Shown one piece after another: positions 23,108-35,294 of a stretch of 64,000 nt of DNA (the stretch's first letter is position 1; each line of letters begins with the position of its first letter). A program made the position numbers and the translations under genes. The DNA comes from Squalus acanthias (lineage: Eukaryota): assembly GCA_030390025.1 (NCBI GenBank), contig CM059432.1, positions 136,712,001 through 136,776,000 of the forward strand, read 5' to 3'. The notes beneath the pieces were generated by a model, which did no database searches, was not told where the DNA came from, and saw only the letters and a list, made by a program, of their open reading frames with translations.

Positions 23108-25480
23108 ATAAGAACATAAGAACATAAGAAATAGGAGCAGGAGTAGGCCAATCGGCCCCTCGAGCCTGCTCCGCCATTCAATAAGATCATGGCTGATCTG
23201 ATCCTAACCGCCAATCTACTATCTATCACAGAACCATCTCCTGCATCTAACAGAATTGCACACACGAAATAGGAGCAGAATCAGGCTACACGGTCCCTGG
23301 GCCCGCTCCACTACCCACAGGGCCATGACCGATCCGAACCTAGACTCATGTCCAAATTCCTGCCCGCTCCCCGTAACCCTTAATGCCCTTTACTTCTAGG
23401 AAACTGTCTATTTCTGTTTTAAATTTAATTAATGTTGTAGCTTCTACAGCTTTTTGTGGCAGCATATTCCATGGACCTACCACCCTCTGAGTGAAGTAGT
23501 TCCTCCTCATCTCAGTTTTGAAAGAGCAGCCCCTTATTCTAAGACTATGTCCCCTAGTTCTAGTCTCACCCATCATCGGGAACATCCTCCCCGCATCCAC
23601 CCGATCCAACCCCTTCACAATCTTATATGTTTCAATAAGATCGCCTCTCATTCTTCTGAACTCCAATGAGTAGAGTCCCAATCTACCCAACCTCTCCTCA
23701 TATGACCACCCCCTCATCCCCGGGATTAACCGAGTGAACCTTTTTTGCACTGCCTCGAGAGCAAGGATGTCTTTCCTTAAGTAAGGACACCAAAACTGTA
23801 TGCAGTATTCCAGGTGCGGTCTCACCAATACCTTGTACAACTGAAGCAATACCTCCCTATTTTTATATTCTATCCCCCTAGCAATGAAAGCCAACATTCC
23901 ATTTGCCTTCTTAATCACTTGCTGCACCTGCATACTAACCTTTTGAGTTTCGTGCACCAGGACCCCCAGATCCCTTTGCACTTCAGTACTCTCCAGTTTC
24001 TTGCCATTAAGATAATAAATTGCTCTAGGATTTTTCCTGCCAAAGTGCATCACCTCACACTTTCCAGTGTTGTATTCCATCTGCCAAATCTCTGCCCACT
24101 TACTTAGCCTGTCTATGTCCCCTTGCAGGTTTTTTATGTCCTCCTCACTCACTACTTTCCCTCCCATCTTTGTATCATCTGCAAATTTTGATATGTTACA
24201 CTTGGTCCCTTCCTCCAAATCGTTAATATAGATTGTAAAGAGTTGGGGACCCAGCACTGACCCCTGTGGAACACCACTAGTTACTGATTGCCAGTCTGAG
24301 AATGAACCATTTATCCCAACTCTTTGCTTTCTGTTGGATAGCCAATCCTCTATCAATGCCAGAATATTACCCCCAATCCCGTGATTTTTTACCTTAAGTA
24401 ATAATCTTTTGTGTGGCACCTTGTCAAATGCCTTTTGGAAGTCTAAATACACTATGTCCACTGGTTCCCCTTTATCCACTCTATATGTTACTTCCTCAAA
24501 GAACTCCAGCAAATTTGTCAAACATGACTTCCCCTTCGTAAAACCATGCTGACTTTGTCCTATTAAATTATGATTATCCAAATGTCCTGTTACTGTTTCC
24601 TTAATAATGGACTCCAAAATTTTACCTACCACAGATGTTAGGCTAACCGGTCTATAGTTACCAGCCTTCTGTCTACTGCCCTTTTTAAATAAGGGTGTTA
24701 CATTAGCAGTTTTCCAGTCTGCCGGGACCTCAGCGGAATCCAGGGAGTTTTGAAAAATTATTACCAATGCATCTACAATCCCTACCGCCACTTCCTTCAA
24801 GACTCTAGGATGTAAGCCATCAGGTCCAGGTGATTTATCCGCCTTGAGTCCCATTATTTTACCGAGTACCACTTCCTTAGTGATTTTGATCGTGTTTAGC
24901 TCCTCTCCCCCTATAGCCCCCTGTTTGTCCAGTGTTGGGATATTCTTAGTGTCCTCTACTGTAAAGACTGATACAAAATATTCATTCAGTGTTTTTGCCA
25001 TCTCCATATTTCCCAACATTAATTTCCCGGTCTCATCCTCTAAGGGACCAACATTTACTTTAGCCACCCTTTTTCTTTTTATATAACTATAAAAACTCTT
25101 ACTATCTGTTTTTATATTTTTTGCTAATTTACTTTCATAATCTATCTTCCCTTTCTTAATCAATCTTTTTGTTATTTTTTGCTGCCTTTTAAAGTTTTCC
25201 CAATCCTCTGTCCTCCCACTAGATTTCGCTACCTTATATGCCCTTGTTTTTAGTCGAATACTATCCTTAATTTCTTTACTTAGCCACGGATGACTGTCCT
25301 TTCTTTTACACCCTTTTCTTTTCAGTGGAATATATTTTTTTGGAAGTTGTAAAATAACTCCTTGAATGTACACCACTGATCATGTGTCGTCTTACCCTTT
25401 AATCTATTTTCCCAATCCACTCTACTCAATTCCGCTCGCATACCTTCATAGTCTCCTTTATTCAAGCTTAGCACGCTTGT
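23108..25480 (-). mobile_element. Young 5'-truncated CR1 LINE
   Basis: (TTCTTATG)n tail at ~23108-23130, 3' UTR, long open ORF2; homology stops abruptly at ~25480. Confidence 0.95.
23346..25376 (-). CDS. CR1 ORF2 reverse transcriptase (partial, endonuclease domain missing)
   Basis: 676-aa ORF with KSPGPDG, NYRPVSLTS, QHGF, YLDFQKAFDKV, SGVPQGSVLGP, KFADD and LVRPHLEY motifs. The first ~12 aa are out of frame; there is an apparent 1-nt loss in the A-run at ~25335-25341. Confidence 0.92.
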   Translation of the reverse strand: MVYIQGVILQLPKKYIPLKRKGCKRKDSHPWLSKEIKDSIRLKTRAYKVAKSSGRTEDWENFKRQQKITKRLIKKGKIDYESKLAKNIKTDSKSFYSYIKRKRVAKVNVGPLEDETGKLMLGNMEMAKTLNEYFVSVFTVEDTKNIPTLDKQGAIGGEELNTIKITKEVVLGKIMGLKADKSPGPDGLHPRVLKEVAVGIVDALVIIFQNSLDSAEVPADWKTANVTPLFKKGSRQKAGNYRPVSLTSVVGKILESIIKETVTGHLDNHNLIGQSQHGFTKGKSCLTNLLEFFEEVTYRVDKGEPVDIVYLDFQKAFDKVPHKRLLLKVKNHGIGGNILALIEDWLSNRKQRVGINGSFSDWQSVTSGVPQGSVLGPQLFTIYINDLEEGTKCNISKFADDTKMGGKVVSEEDIKNLQGDIDRLSKWAEIWQMEYNTGKCEVMHFGRKNPRAIYYLNGKKLESTEVQRDLGVLVHETQKVSMQVQQVIKKANGMLAFIARGIEYKNREVLLQLYKVLVRPHLEYCIQFWCPYLRKDILALEAVQKRFTRLIPGMRGWSYEERLGRLGLYSLEFRRMRGDLIETYKIVKGLDRVDAGRMFPMMGETRTRGHSLRIRGCSFKTEMRRNYFTQRVVGPWNMLPQKAVEATTLIKFKTEIDSFLEVKGIKGYGERAGIWT

Positions 25481-25669
25481 CAGAATAATTACATGAACTT
25501 GTCAGAATAATTACTCCCTCTCTGCAGCGCAACCACTGGCAGGAGGATGTAATGACATGGTGACAAGTGTACACAGGCAGTATCCATAATAAATGGGACA
25601 ATGGATCGACTTATAATGGGTATCCAAAAATAAGGACAGAATGGATGACTTTAAAATGGGACTGAATTA

Positions 25670-26052
25670 CATAGAATGTACAGCACAGAAACAGGCTATT
25701 CGTCCCAACTGGTCTATGCCGGTGTTTCTGCTCCACACGAGCCTCCTCCCACCCCTCTTCATCTCACCCTATCAAAATATCCTTCTATTCCTTTCTCCCT
25801 CATGTGCTTATCTTGCTTCCCCTTAAAAGCAACTATGCTATTCGCCTCAACCATTCCCTGTGGTGGTGAGTTCCACATTCTAACCACTCTCTGGGTAAAG
25901 AAGTTTCTCCTGAATTCCTTATTGGATTTATTAGTGACTGTCTTATATTTATTACCCCCACAAGTGGAAACATCTTCTTTAAGTCTACCCTATCGAACCC
26001 CTTCATAATTTTAAAGACCTCTATCAGGTCACCCCTCAGTCTTCTCTTTTCT
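25670..26052 (-). mobile_element. CR1 3' fragment
   Basis: EKRRLRGDLIEVFKIMKGFDRVD; same subfamily as 17600. Confidence 0.85.
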
Positions 26053-27010
26053 GCCGTTAACTTTCTCTGCTCCCTCCTCCAGCTGTCCCCAGCTTCTAAC
26101 CTCACTTCATCTGAACACTGCACTTGGTGTTGACTCCCTGGAGGTAGATCTTGGCTTTGGGCGATGGCGTAAAATCCGTTTTTGCATCTCTCCCGATTTT
26201 TATTTCCACTGACTTCAATCATTCATTATCACCCATTTTACACTATCGCACCAAGTCTCCATCTACCCAGCCCCAAGTGTGCAATGACATGGAAGATTAT
26301 TGTTGACAAAATTCCCACACACAAATGCTTTCAGACTTGAGTTGATATTTAGCATACAATGGTAAAACGACTTCCAGTACGTCACCCACGCTTGGCAGAG
26401 GAACTGCTGACTGCCAGGACAGCTGTGGTTCCAGGAGTCACAGTAAAACTATCACCTTAATCTCTGCACCACTCGTAAGCAAAGAGATGTACTCTCAAGA
26501 ATTTCCGGTTTTGGCCAATGCAGTGGCGAACGATTATAATATCTGTACACTTAAAAAAAAGCTTTGATGAAAGCGCATCAACTAAAGGATGAAGCATGTT
26601 TAATTTTCATACCCAGCAGATTCAGACCCATGATTCATACATGACAGACATCCATACTCCGCACAGCCCCCCATGAATGAAATATAGAAGAATACCTGTT
26701 TTTTCTCTGTAATTAATGATTTACTAATGAAATCCATTCTCGCAACTCACACATTTCAAAGTTGTGTGATTGTGTTACCCTGTTGGGTGCATTTTTCAAG
26801 GCCTCAACATCACTGACAAGGCCCCACATGCTGCCAGCATATATTAGCCAATCACAGGCAGCGACCATGGGGCCTTGGAAAGTTCCCCCCTATAGTTCAA
26901 TCTAAAGGAAGTTCTCACATCCTTAACCTAGGCAGACTCCATTTATTAAAAAGTTAAAATGACAAAAGAGTTTAAATAAAATGAAGAATTGTATCAATCA
27001 AGGTTGCTGA

Positions 27011-28280
27011 GTGGAAGTAAGACCAGGACCTATTGTGCACCAGTCATTGAAGGCTGATGACCAGCATTGCCAGGCTATTATGAAAGCGAGTATGATGTCA
27101 GGATATATTGCTTGGACAATCAAATATAAAATAAGAAATACTATCCTATCTTTGTACAAGGCAGTGGCCAGAGCATATCAAGAATACTGTGATAGAGAGG
27201 CCCTGGAAAAGGTTCAGAAGAGGGCCACTAGATTGAAACCTAGTTTAAGGAAAGAAAAAGCAAACAGGACTTGTATTTATATCGTGCCTTTCATGACCTC
27301 AGAACGTCCCAAAATTCTTACAGCCAATGAAGTACTTGTGAAGTGTAGTCACTCTATATAGGCACAGCAAGACAGGAGCTGGATGAGTTCCTGAGAGTGG
27401 CTAACATATCCATATATAGAAGGTAGATGGTCATTAGGGTCTGTGTCACTCAGTCACCGTGGTCTCCAGGAGCCTGCTTGATTGCCTTTTGGGGTCAGAG
27501 AGGAATTTCCCATAGGTTTCCCTTAAATTGGTCTAAGGTTTTTTCCTCTTTTTTTAACCTCTCCCAGGAGTGTGAGTGAGTGAGGTGAGCGAGTGAGCGG
27601 GCTAGTGAGTGAGTGAGGTGAGTGAGTGGGCTAGTGAGTGAGTGAGTGAGCGAGTGAGCGGGCTAGAGAGTGAGTGAGGTGAGTGAGTGAGCGTGTTAGT
27701 GAGTGAGTGAGTGAGTGAGCGGGCTAGTGAGTGAGTGAGGTGAGTGAGTGAGTGAGTGAGTGAGCGAGTGAGCGGGCTAGTGAGTGAGTGAGGTGAGTGA
27801 GTGAGCGTGTTAGTGAGTGAGTGAGTGAGCGAGTGAGCGGGCTAGTGAGTGAGTGAGGTGAATGAGTGAGCGTGTTAGTGAGTGAGTGAATGAGCGAGTG
27901 AGCGGGCTAGTGAGTGAGGTGAGTGAGTGAGTGAGCGAGTGAGTGAGTGAGTGAGTGAGCGAGTGAGCGGGCTAGTGAGTGAGTGAGGTGAGTGAGTGAG
28001 CGTGTTAGTGAGTGAGCGAGCGAGTGAGCGGGCTAGTGAGTGAGTGAGGTGAGTGAGTGAGCGTGTTAGTGAGTGTGTGAGTGAGCGAGTGAGCAGGCTA
28101 GTGAGTGAGTGAAGTGAGTGAGTGAGCGTGTTAGTGAGTGAGTGAGTGAGTGAGCGAGTGAGCGGGCTAGCGTGTGAGCGAGTGTACGAGTGAATGATAC
28201 GTCCATAAGTTACACCATGCCTGGAATGGGACAGGCTCAACTGACCAGCTGGTCCTTTCCTGTCCTTTATTTGTATGTTT
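27011..28280 (+). mobile_element. Old CR1 3' fragment interrupted by a SINE tail (~27255-27355, minus) and a GAGT satellite
   Basis: KAS.MSGYIA..IKYK...LSLYKAVAR...ALEKVQKRATRL; CR1-like terminal hairpin at ~28220-28280. Confidence 0.6.
27570..28192 (+). repeat. (GAGT)n-based compound satellite with a higher-order unit
   Basis: GAGT runs punctuated in a recurring order by GAGCGGGCTA, GAGGT and GAGCGTGTTA. Confidence 0.95.
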
Positions 28281-29401
28281 ATAATTCACCTCTCTGCTAT
28301 AATAGCAAAAGCAAAAAAGCTTAGGCTCCTGCCAGTATTATGACGGTCCATTTGTGTAAATAAAAAAGGTTGCACAGGTTATGGTGTTAAGTTCTGTCTG
28401 ACACAGAATTATTGGGAACCACTTTGTTTGGGGATTCATTTGTCGCACTGCTGGGACTAGAACTAGGTTTGGATCCTCTTAGCAGCATCAGGAAACATAA
28501 TTGTCTTGTTCGAGCCAGATCCGATTGATGAAACTGCCGAGAGCCTCTGTTCATTTTGCCATTCAAGAGCCATGCTGAAATCTAAACCGAGAAAGCATAT
28601 GATGGTTTCCTTCCTCTGATGTCTGTTAAGGGTCAAAAGTGAAATGAATTTTGGCAGTTCAATTTACTTTCCAATTGATATGAATCCATAGCATGAACTT
28701 GTCTTTAATTTTGCCCTTAATCAGCAGTTCTGGCCCTGAGAGGACACAGGGCTGAGATTGTGGAAAAATGGAAATGTCATATTGGTGTAATGGGGGTGCT
28801 CTTCTGATGCTGGGACTGAAGTGGACTGTCAGGGTAATGCATGGAGACTATGACTGCAACCAACCTCTACTTGATTAACCAGCGATTAGTATTGTCACGA
28901 GGGGGGGAAATAGTTCCATTCTGCAACACTATCATCCATGACAACAATCAGCTCAATGAAAAGAAAAATGAGCAGTGCGTTCTCACTGTACATTGGGGAA
29001 CACGTGTCACTCAAGTACAGGGACTAGTTGGACTTCTGTATACTGCGAGCAATCAACAGATTCTATCTAGGTTAGAAACTATATTTCAGAATGTCTTACT
29101 GGGAGTGTAGGACCCCTATTGTGCACTGATAATTGTTTTACATTGTAGCCTGTAGGGGACAAACTGATCTAAAAAAACATTTAATCTTTTTTAAAATCTT
29201 CTTATCGTGTCTAAGCATGATGAAGTATATATTGCCCAATAAAATGTTAGATATATGTATAGTCTTATTTTATCATTTCCCTTTAGTGATGTGCATATTG
29301 CTGGTTCTGTACAACTTCATAAGGCAGCTGAGTTTCAACACCATCTACCTTGTAAAAATGTTTTTGCTTATGTTTTGGCTAGCCAATAAATCGGGTGAAT
29401 T

Positions 29402-29572
29402 GGGGTCGTTTTCCGACTTTGCCCGCTGAGAGTGTATGCTGGAAATGTGCCCGCAATTTTCTGTCTATTTAAAATTAGCCGCGCAATCGTGAGCAGTGCG
29501 CGCCCGAAATTCCGATGTGCGCTCGCAGTGGATGAGAGTCCCCCCAGCAGCGTGAAGTTCGAAAATGACAGC
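29402..29572. mobile_element. Degenerate MITE
   Basis: Imperfect TIRs GGGGTCGTTTTCCGACTT / (rc) GCTGTCATTTTCGAACTT. Confidence 0.5.
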
Positions 29573-29578
29573 TGGAAG

Positions 29579-30022
29579 CATCCCTCTGCTCGCTGACCTA
29601 CCTTGGCTGGTCTGGCAAGGCCTTGATTTTAAAATTCCCATCCATGTTTTCGAAGGCCTCGCCCCTCCCTATCACTGTAACCTCCTCCAGCCCGACAATC
29701 CTCCGAGAACTCTGCGCTCCTCCAATTCTGGCCTTCTGAGCAGCCCCAATTTCCATCACTCCACCATTGGTGACCGTGCCTTCAGCTGCCTGGGCCCTAA
29801 GCTCTGGAATTCCCTCCCTAAACCTCTCCGCCTCTCTACCTCTCTCTCTTCCTTTAAGACGCTCCTTAAAACCTACCTCTTTGACAGGGCTTTTGGTCGC
29901 CTGTCCTAATATCTCCTTATGTGGCTCGGAGTCAAATTTTGTTTGATAACGCTCCTGTGAAGCACCTTGGGATGCTTTAGTATGTTAAAGGCGCGGTATA
30001 AATGTAAGTAGTTGTTATTGTT
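29579..30022 (+). mobile_element. L2 LINE 3' end fragment
   Basis: IPLLADLPWL...FKI...GLAPPY...PRTLRSS...GDRAFSCLGPKLWNSLP...FKTLLKTYLF, then tail. Confidence 0.85.
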
Positions 30023-30138
30023 GGATTCATCTGAAGACTGCATCAGAGATATACTTGAAAACACTTTTTATATGATAGGGAAGAAGTGCTTGTGTTGAAA
30101 AGCTGTGAACAACTTGCAGCACTTGTAGGGTTAATAAT

Positions 30139-30827
30139 GGCCCGTATTTTCCGGGACGCACACGCTTCCGCTCCTGGGCCTCACCAAACTTGAAGTGCGC
30201 AGGGTCCACGTATCCCAGGGGCGCATGTAGTTCGCAGCGTCCCTGGGATCACGTGGGCCATGGGGAGCCAATCACAGAAGGGAATCTCCCTTCATACATT
30301 TGACAGGAAGACCTGTCAAATATATGAATGGAGATCAATGAAAAAACATAGTAAAACTTTAAATACATTAAAAAAAAAAATCACATTTTTAAAATGACTT
30401 GAAATTACAATAAATTAAGTATTTTAAACAAAAATTTAACTTTTTGAAAAAAATAATTAAAGTTTTTTACTGGGCTAAAAATAAACTTACCTTTTTTTAA
30501 AAGTATTTTTAAATGATAAATCAGTGAAATTTTTTTAAAAACTTTTTTCCACTGTTATCCTGGTAAAAGCAGGCCTTATGTCTGCTTTTACCAGGCATAA
30601 GAATTGTAAGTGTTTTCTGCAGGTGGAGGGTCTCCAAAAAGCGGAACTCTCCACCCGCAGAGGCCCTTCTCCAGGGCAGCTGAAGGATCTGTCAAGACCA
30701 TTCTTGACAGATCGGAAATGCCGGTTTTCAGTGCATGCGCTGTGCATGCCTGAAACCGGCATTTGCGATGTCCCTACGGGTGGGTACACAGCGCGTACCC
30801 ACCCGTAGGGATCGGAATATCCGGGCC
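30139..30827. mobile_element. Non-autonomous Harbinger-type element (inverted copy of 16582)
   Basis: GGCCCGTATTTTCCG ... CGGAATATCCGGGCC; flanks AAT/ATT. Confidence 0.85.
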
Positions 30828-33319
30828 ATTGTGTTTGATCACTGCTATAACACAGAGTCAAACATGAAAGACAGAGAAAAAGAAAGAGATTTTCTTATGC
30901 TTCCGAAGATGCTTACCTACCCCACTTTCTGCTCCTCTATGATTTACATCAGCAGAAACAGAAATGGATATTGTTACTTTAACACTTTCAGAGTTTACCT
31001 GGAAACCTTTCTTGACTGTGATGTACCAACAAAAAAAAGTAACGTGCATTGAAATACCTAGAGAGCTACTGATACACTGAAGCGAGAGGGGGGAAAAGAA
31101 GAAGGAATTGGCTAAGTTGAGAATGTCAGGTAACCTGCAGTTAGATACAAAGCTAAACTCTCCTCTGTGCAGAAAATCAACCAGAGGTCACTGACAGAAC
31201 CCCAAGGTCACCTAATGTCAGAAACAAGCAGAGGCCAATCATTCAGGAGGGACTCACTGCTGATATTTGCCCTCTGTGGTCATTTTTAGATCTCTCTGAA
31301 ACTGCCAGTAACTCTTACCAAACTGTGTACATTTCTAAATATTACACCGATTGTGATTTATTGCCCACCGTCCTATGAAAATCCATTACGAATTAAATCA
31401 AGGCTCAGTTTAAATTGCCACTCTGTAATACGTATCATATCATCATGAATGACATTGAAGTTATAATCTACAGTAGTTGACTCCACCTGCTGATAAGGCA
31501 CTACTAAGGAACGATCAATACTTACTATTCATTTTTGAAATTATCTTCACATTGATCCCTGAGCGAGTGCCAGCAATGCAGAAGCACAGTGCCTTTAATA
31601 CAATAATTATATAAAGGTTTACAGGCTCATCCTCCCAGCCAATAAAAGCTGTCAGCAGGCAGGGACAGTTACAATCCCATAATCCATCAAACCTCTGCTC
31701 TTTGACCTATGGGCTATTGGGCTTTCATGAGCTTTGCATAAAAGTTCTCTCTGAAGCATGCTGTGCCGGTACTGTATGACTGTTCACATCCCCAACATGT
31801 CCACGTCTCAATCACGCTTTTTATGAAGCTTAAAAAAGAATCTTGGCCTTTTTTTTTTAACAAATGTGTTCTGATTTCGAACAGCTGTTAAGATAGAATG
31901 TGTTCAGATTAGAGTCTGGTACTAAGGTGAAAAATGCCATTGCTGTCTCTCTGGGTCATAATGTGGTGATAGATTGTTGTAGTCAGATCACTACTGTTGC
32001 ACATTGTTGTAGTCTTTAATGAAGCCACACATCAACTCATTATGATCCAAGTCATCTCGCTTAAATAGTCCGTTTAAAAAAAAATAGTCGATGACAGCGA
32101 ATATCTTTGTTGCCTACAGTAACTAGGAACTGTTCTCTTTTATTTCTCTGACATCATTCCTGCCCAACCTGACAGGAATATTGCAAAAGAACTCATTGCT
32201 TCTCAAACTGAACAAAAATGGTCCACTGTTAACAACATTTTAATAAACAGCAGTATCTATAATATGGTAAAGCACTTATTTTGTTGCCGTGATATGCTCT
32301 GAACCAGTTTTATCCTATTCTATTTTTTTCCTCCCGCCATTCGCCTCCCCTCCTTTCTTGAAGGTGCTGCCCAGTCCTGGGACAATATCCTCTGGTACCT
32401 TGGGTGTGCCGAGACAGCGAATGTTAGCAGGGCATTCAATTGTGGGCAGCATTACAAGCAAAGCCAATCGTGTCCTCGCCCAATGGTCACATGCAGGGGT
32501 CACTGTTATAATACAGGAATAACAACTGTGATTGACCTTTTTCCTCTTCCTGCCCCAAGGGCATTGAGACCGACTGTTGCACTTGCTGAGTTCAGGTCGC
32601 TGTAAATCGGAAATAATCGCATTTTGTGCTTCAGTTGATGGTTGGAAACTATGTGACCTTCATCTGCTGCAATCAATGATTTACTCTGAATCCATTAATT
32701 AGATTATTGAAGGAAAAGTTTTGAGAATCCAACAAGAGCTACAACTTCAAGCATCGTAATTCATGTACTCGCCCCCAAAATCCACAATGTTTCAGGTGGA
32801 TTTGCGGCACAATCGGAGCAGGTGGGATCGGATTTTGGGATGGGTCCTGGTTTATTTCCCATTTAGGATTTCCTCAGCTATTGGAGATGGGCGCTTGTAG
32901 TATTTTATATATGAAAGATAAAATAAAAGTACGAATAGAATTTTACATTCGTGTAAGTGTTGGTATCTCTGTTGGTTTCGCTGTAAGTGTGAAGTTTGAC
33001 ATGTGCTGGTTGCAGGGGTAGGTTGGGATGAAACACTTAAGTGACAGGTGGGCATGAAAGAAAGGGTTGGGCTCTGGTGAGGTTTCTAGTAATAATTTGT
33101 GGTCACAAGTGGGTAATAAAAGTTGAGTGATGGGTAAGTGCTAAAAAAATATTTGCAGAAGAAGTTTTTAAGAGGATTGTGTCCAGGTGGGTACCAAGCA
33201 CAGAAGATATTTGCGGGATAACATCTGATTAGGAAAGAGGGAGTCAACACTGTTATGATGAAGAGAACATTGAACAGAAATGTAGTGAGGAAAGGTAAAA
33301 ATCATAGGAAGGAATGTAG

Positions 33320-33628
33320 GTTCAGCCCCTCGAGTCTGTTCCGCCATTCAATTAGATCATGGCTGATCTGTATCTTAACTCCATCTACCCGCCTTGGTTC
33401 CATATCCCTTAATACCTTCGCCTAACAAAAATCTATCAATCTCAGTTTTGAAATTTTTAGTTGACCCCCAGCCTCAACAGCTTTTTGTGGGAGAGAGTTC
33501 CAGATTTCCACTACCCTTTGTGTGAAGAAATGCTTCCTGACATCACCCCTGAATGGCCGAGCTCTAATGCTCTCTTGTTCTGGACTCCCCCACCAGAGGA
33601 AATAGTTTCTGTCTATCTACCCTATCAA
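33320..33628 (-). mobile_element. CR1 3' fragment
   Basis: Reverse-complement relative of 7328-7566. Confidence 0.8.
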
Positions 33629-33974
33629 CTTTGCTTTAAACACATTCTTAGGGTACAAAGCTCAGCCAATTAGAGTGTTTTGGTATCAAGGACTTTGAAT
33701 AAATGCATGTGGATAATGTCATAATGACTTGGATGAGTGCGTAGTAAGCAACATTTCCAAGTTTTTGAATGATACCAAAATAGCAGGCAGCACAAATAAC
33801 AAGGCAGCGAGATTTAGAAGAATTTGGACTTTTTAGCTAACTTGGGACAATAGGTGAACAATGTAACCGAATGTGGATCTGTGTAAAATGAGTAGTATGG
33901 GATACAGAAAGACATCGAGGGCAAAGTACAATGTTGGTGGGGACGCAAAATGCAAATGGAAAGAGACTCGGGAG

Positions 33975-34372
33975 TAGGTCGCCAACTCTGGTTGCACATA
34001 TTCCTGGAGATTTCATTACATGACCTCCAGCCTGCAACCACCCCGCCCCCCCGCCCCGCCCTGCCCCCACACTCCCGCCATTGGTCACCCAACATTTCCA
34101 TCCTCACAGTGCCCCGCCTTCCCATGGCCAACTGGGAAATGAAAAGACTCTTGGTTACCCACTGGGATGATTCTTGACTCTCAGTCAAACAGCCTTTCTT
34201 CCCCATCTCCAATATTTTAATAACTAATGTGATCAAAGAAAATGTAAGAAAAAAACAGCATTTTTTTTAATGCTCCTATGATTTCTCTCCCTTGTTGCTC
34301 ACAGCAGTGTCCTGGAGATAAATCTTCAATTCCTGGAGACTCCAGGGCAATCCTGGAGAGTTGGCAACCCTA
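33975..34372. mobile_element. Non-autonomous hAT element
   Basis: TIR TAGG(G)T(C/T)GCCAACTCT, a typical hAT TAGGGTTGCCA end; 8-bp flanks CTCGGGAG / CTCCGGCG (6/8); subterminal TCCTGGAGA repeats. Confidence 0.75.
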
Positions 34373-34540
34373 CTCCGGCGGGGTGTATAATGTGTAGCAA
34401 ATCCGCTACTGCCCGTTTTGTGCCCCTGCTGAGGTGGAATTTTAACTACCCCTACCCCGCAGTGCCCTGGCAACTACCAAAATATAATCAAGTTTCAAAT
34501 CAGTGCAGGGCATAACTAACTCAGTTAGTGGCAGCACTAT

Positions 34541-35281
34541 GGCCGGAATTTTGCCGGCGCTCAGGGGGCAAAGATTGACAGCGGGTTTGAAACCCGCTAA
34601 CAACCTGCCTCCAATCAATCTTCCCAAGTGTCGGGTCCCCGATTTGTGCATGGACCTGACACCTAGCGGCGGGAAGAGGATTATAGCCACTTAACTGCTT
34701 ATTAACAGGTTGTTAACAGGCAGTTAACAGGCTTTTTCCAATTTTGACACTTCTACTGCGGGCTTCCCGACGTCCGGATACCACACCAGGTAAGTCTGGC
34801 GTGTTGTGAGTCTGCTGTAATGTTTCTGCATTGATGACAGCTGCAGAAGTGGTGTGAAGGATCCAATGGTGCACTGGTGAGTTTCAGAGGTAAGGAAATG
34901 TAGGGAAATTCATTTTTAATGCATTTAGACTTTTCTGTAGGTAACAAGTTTTGAATTGTATGTGTAGTCCCACCTCATTGGGAGAAGCTCTCTCACCAGT
35001 GACAGATCGCTTCTGTAACCTCACCTGCAGCTGCCATCTGTTCTAGCCTAAGGAGGGAGTCACTGGAGAGCCTGGGTGCAAGAGCTCACTTTTGTACAGT
35101 GATTGTCAGTGTTTGCAGCACCTCAATGCTGTCAAACACTGAAAAATCAACTGTCAAAAAAAATTGTGCGTGGTCCCTTTAAGAAAACCGGCAGATGATG
35201 CGCCATCAAATGCGCCCGGCGCTAGCTGCTTTGCGCCCCATTAGCGCCCTCTTAGGCGCAAATCAACTGAATTTTTCCCCC
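34541..35281. mobile_element. Harbinger deletion derivative with a remnant of Myb exon 1 (minus, ~34970-35085)
   Basis: Left end GGCCGGAATTTTG, right end (rc) GGGGGAAAAATTC. The minus strand reads APRLSSDSL, compared with APRFSDDSL at ~50300. Confidence 0.65.
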
Positions 35282-35294
35282 TTAATATATTAAA

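Noticed and set aside
27875..28240. SLTH-repeat ORF
   Set aside because: Translation of the GAGT satellite.
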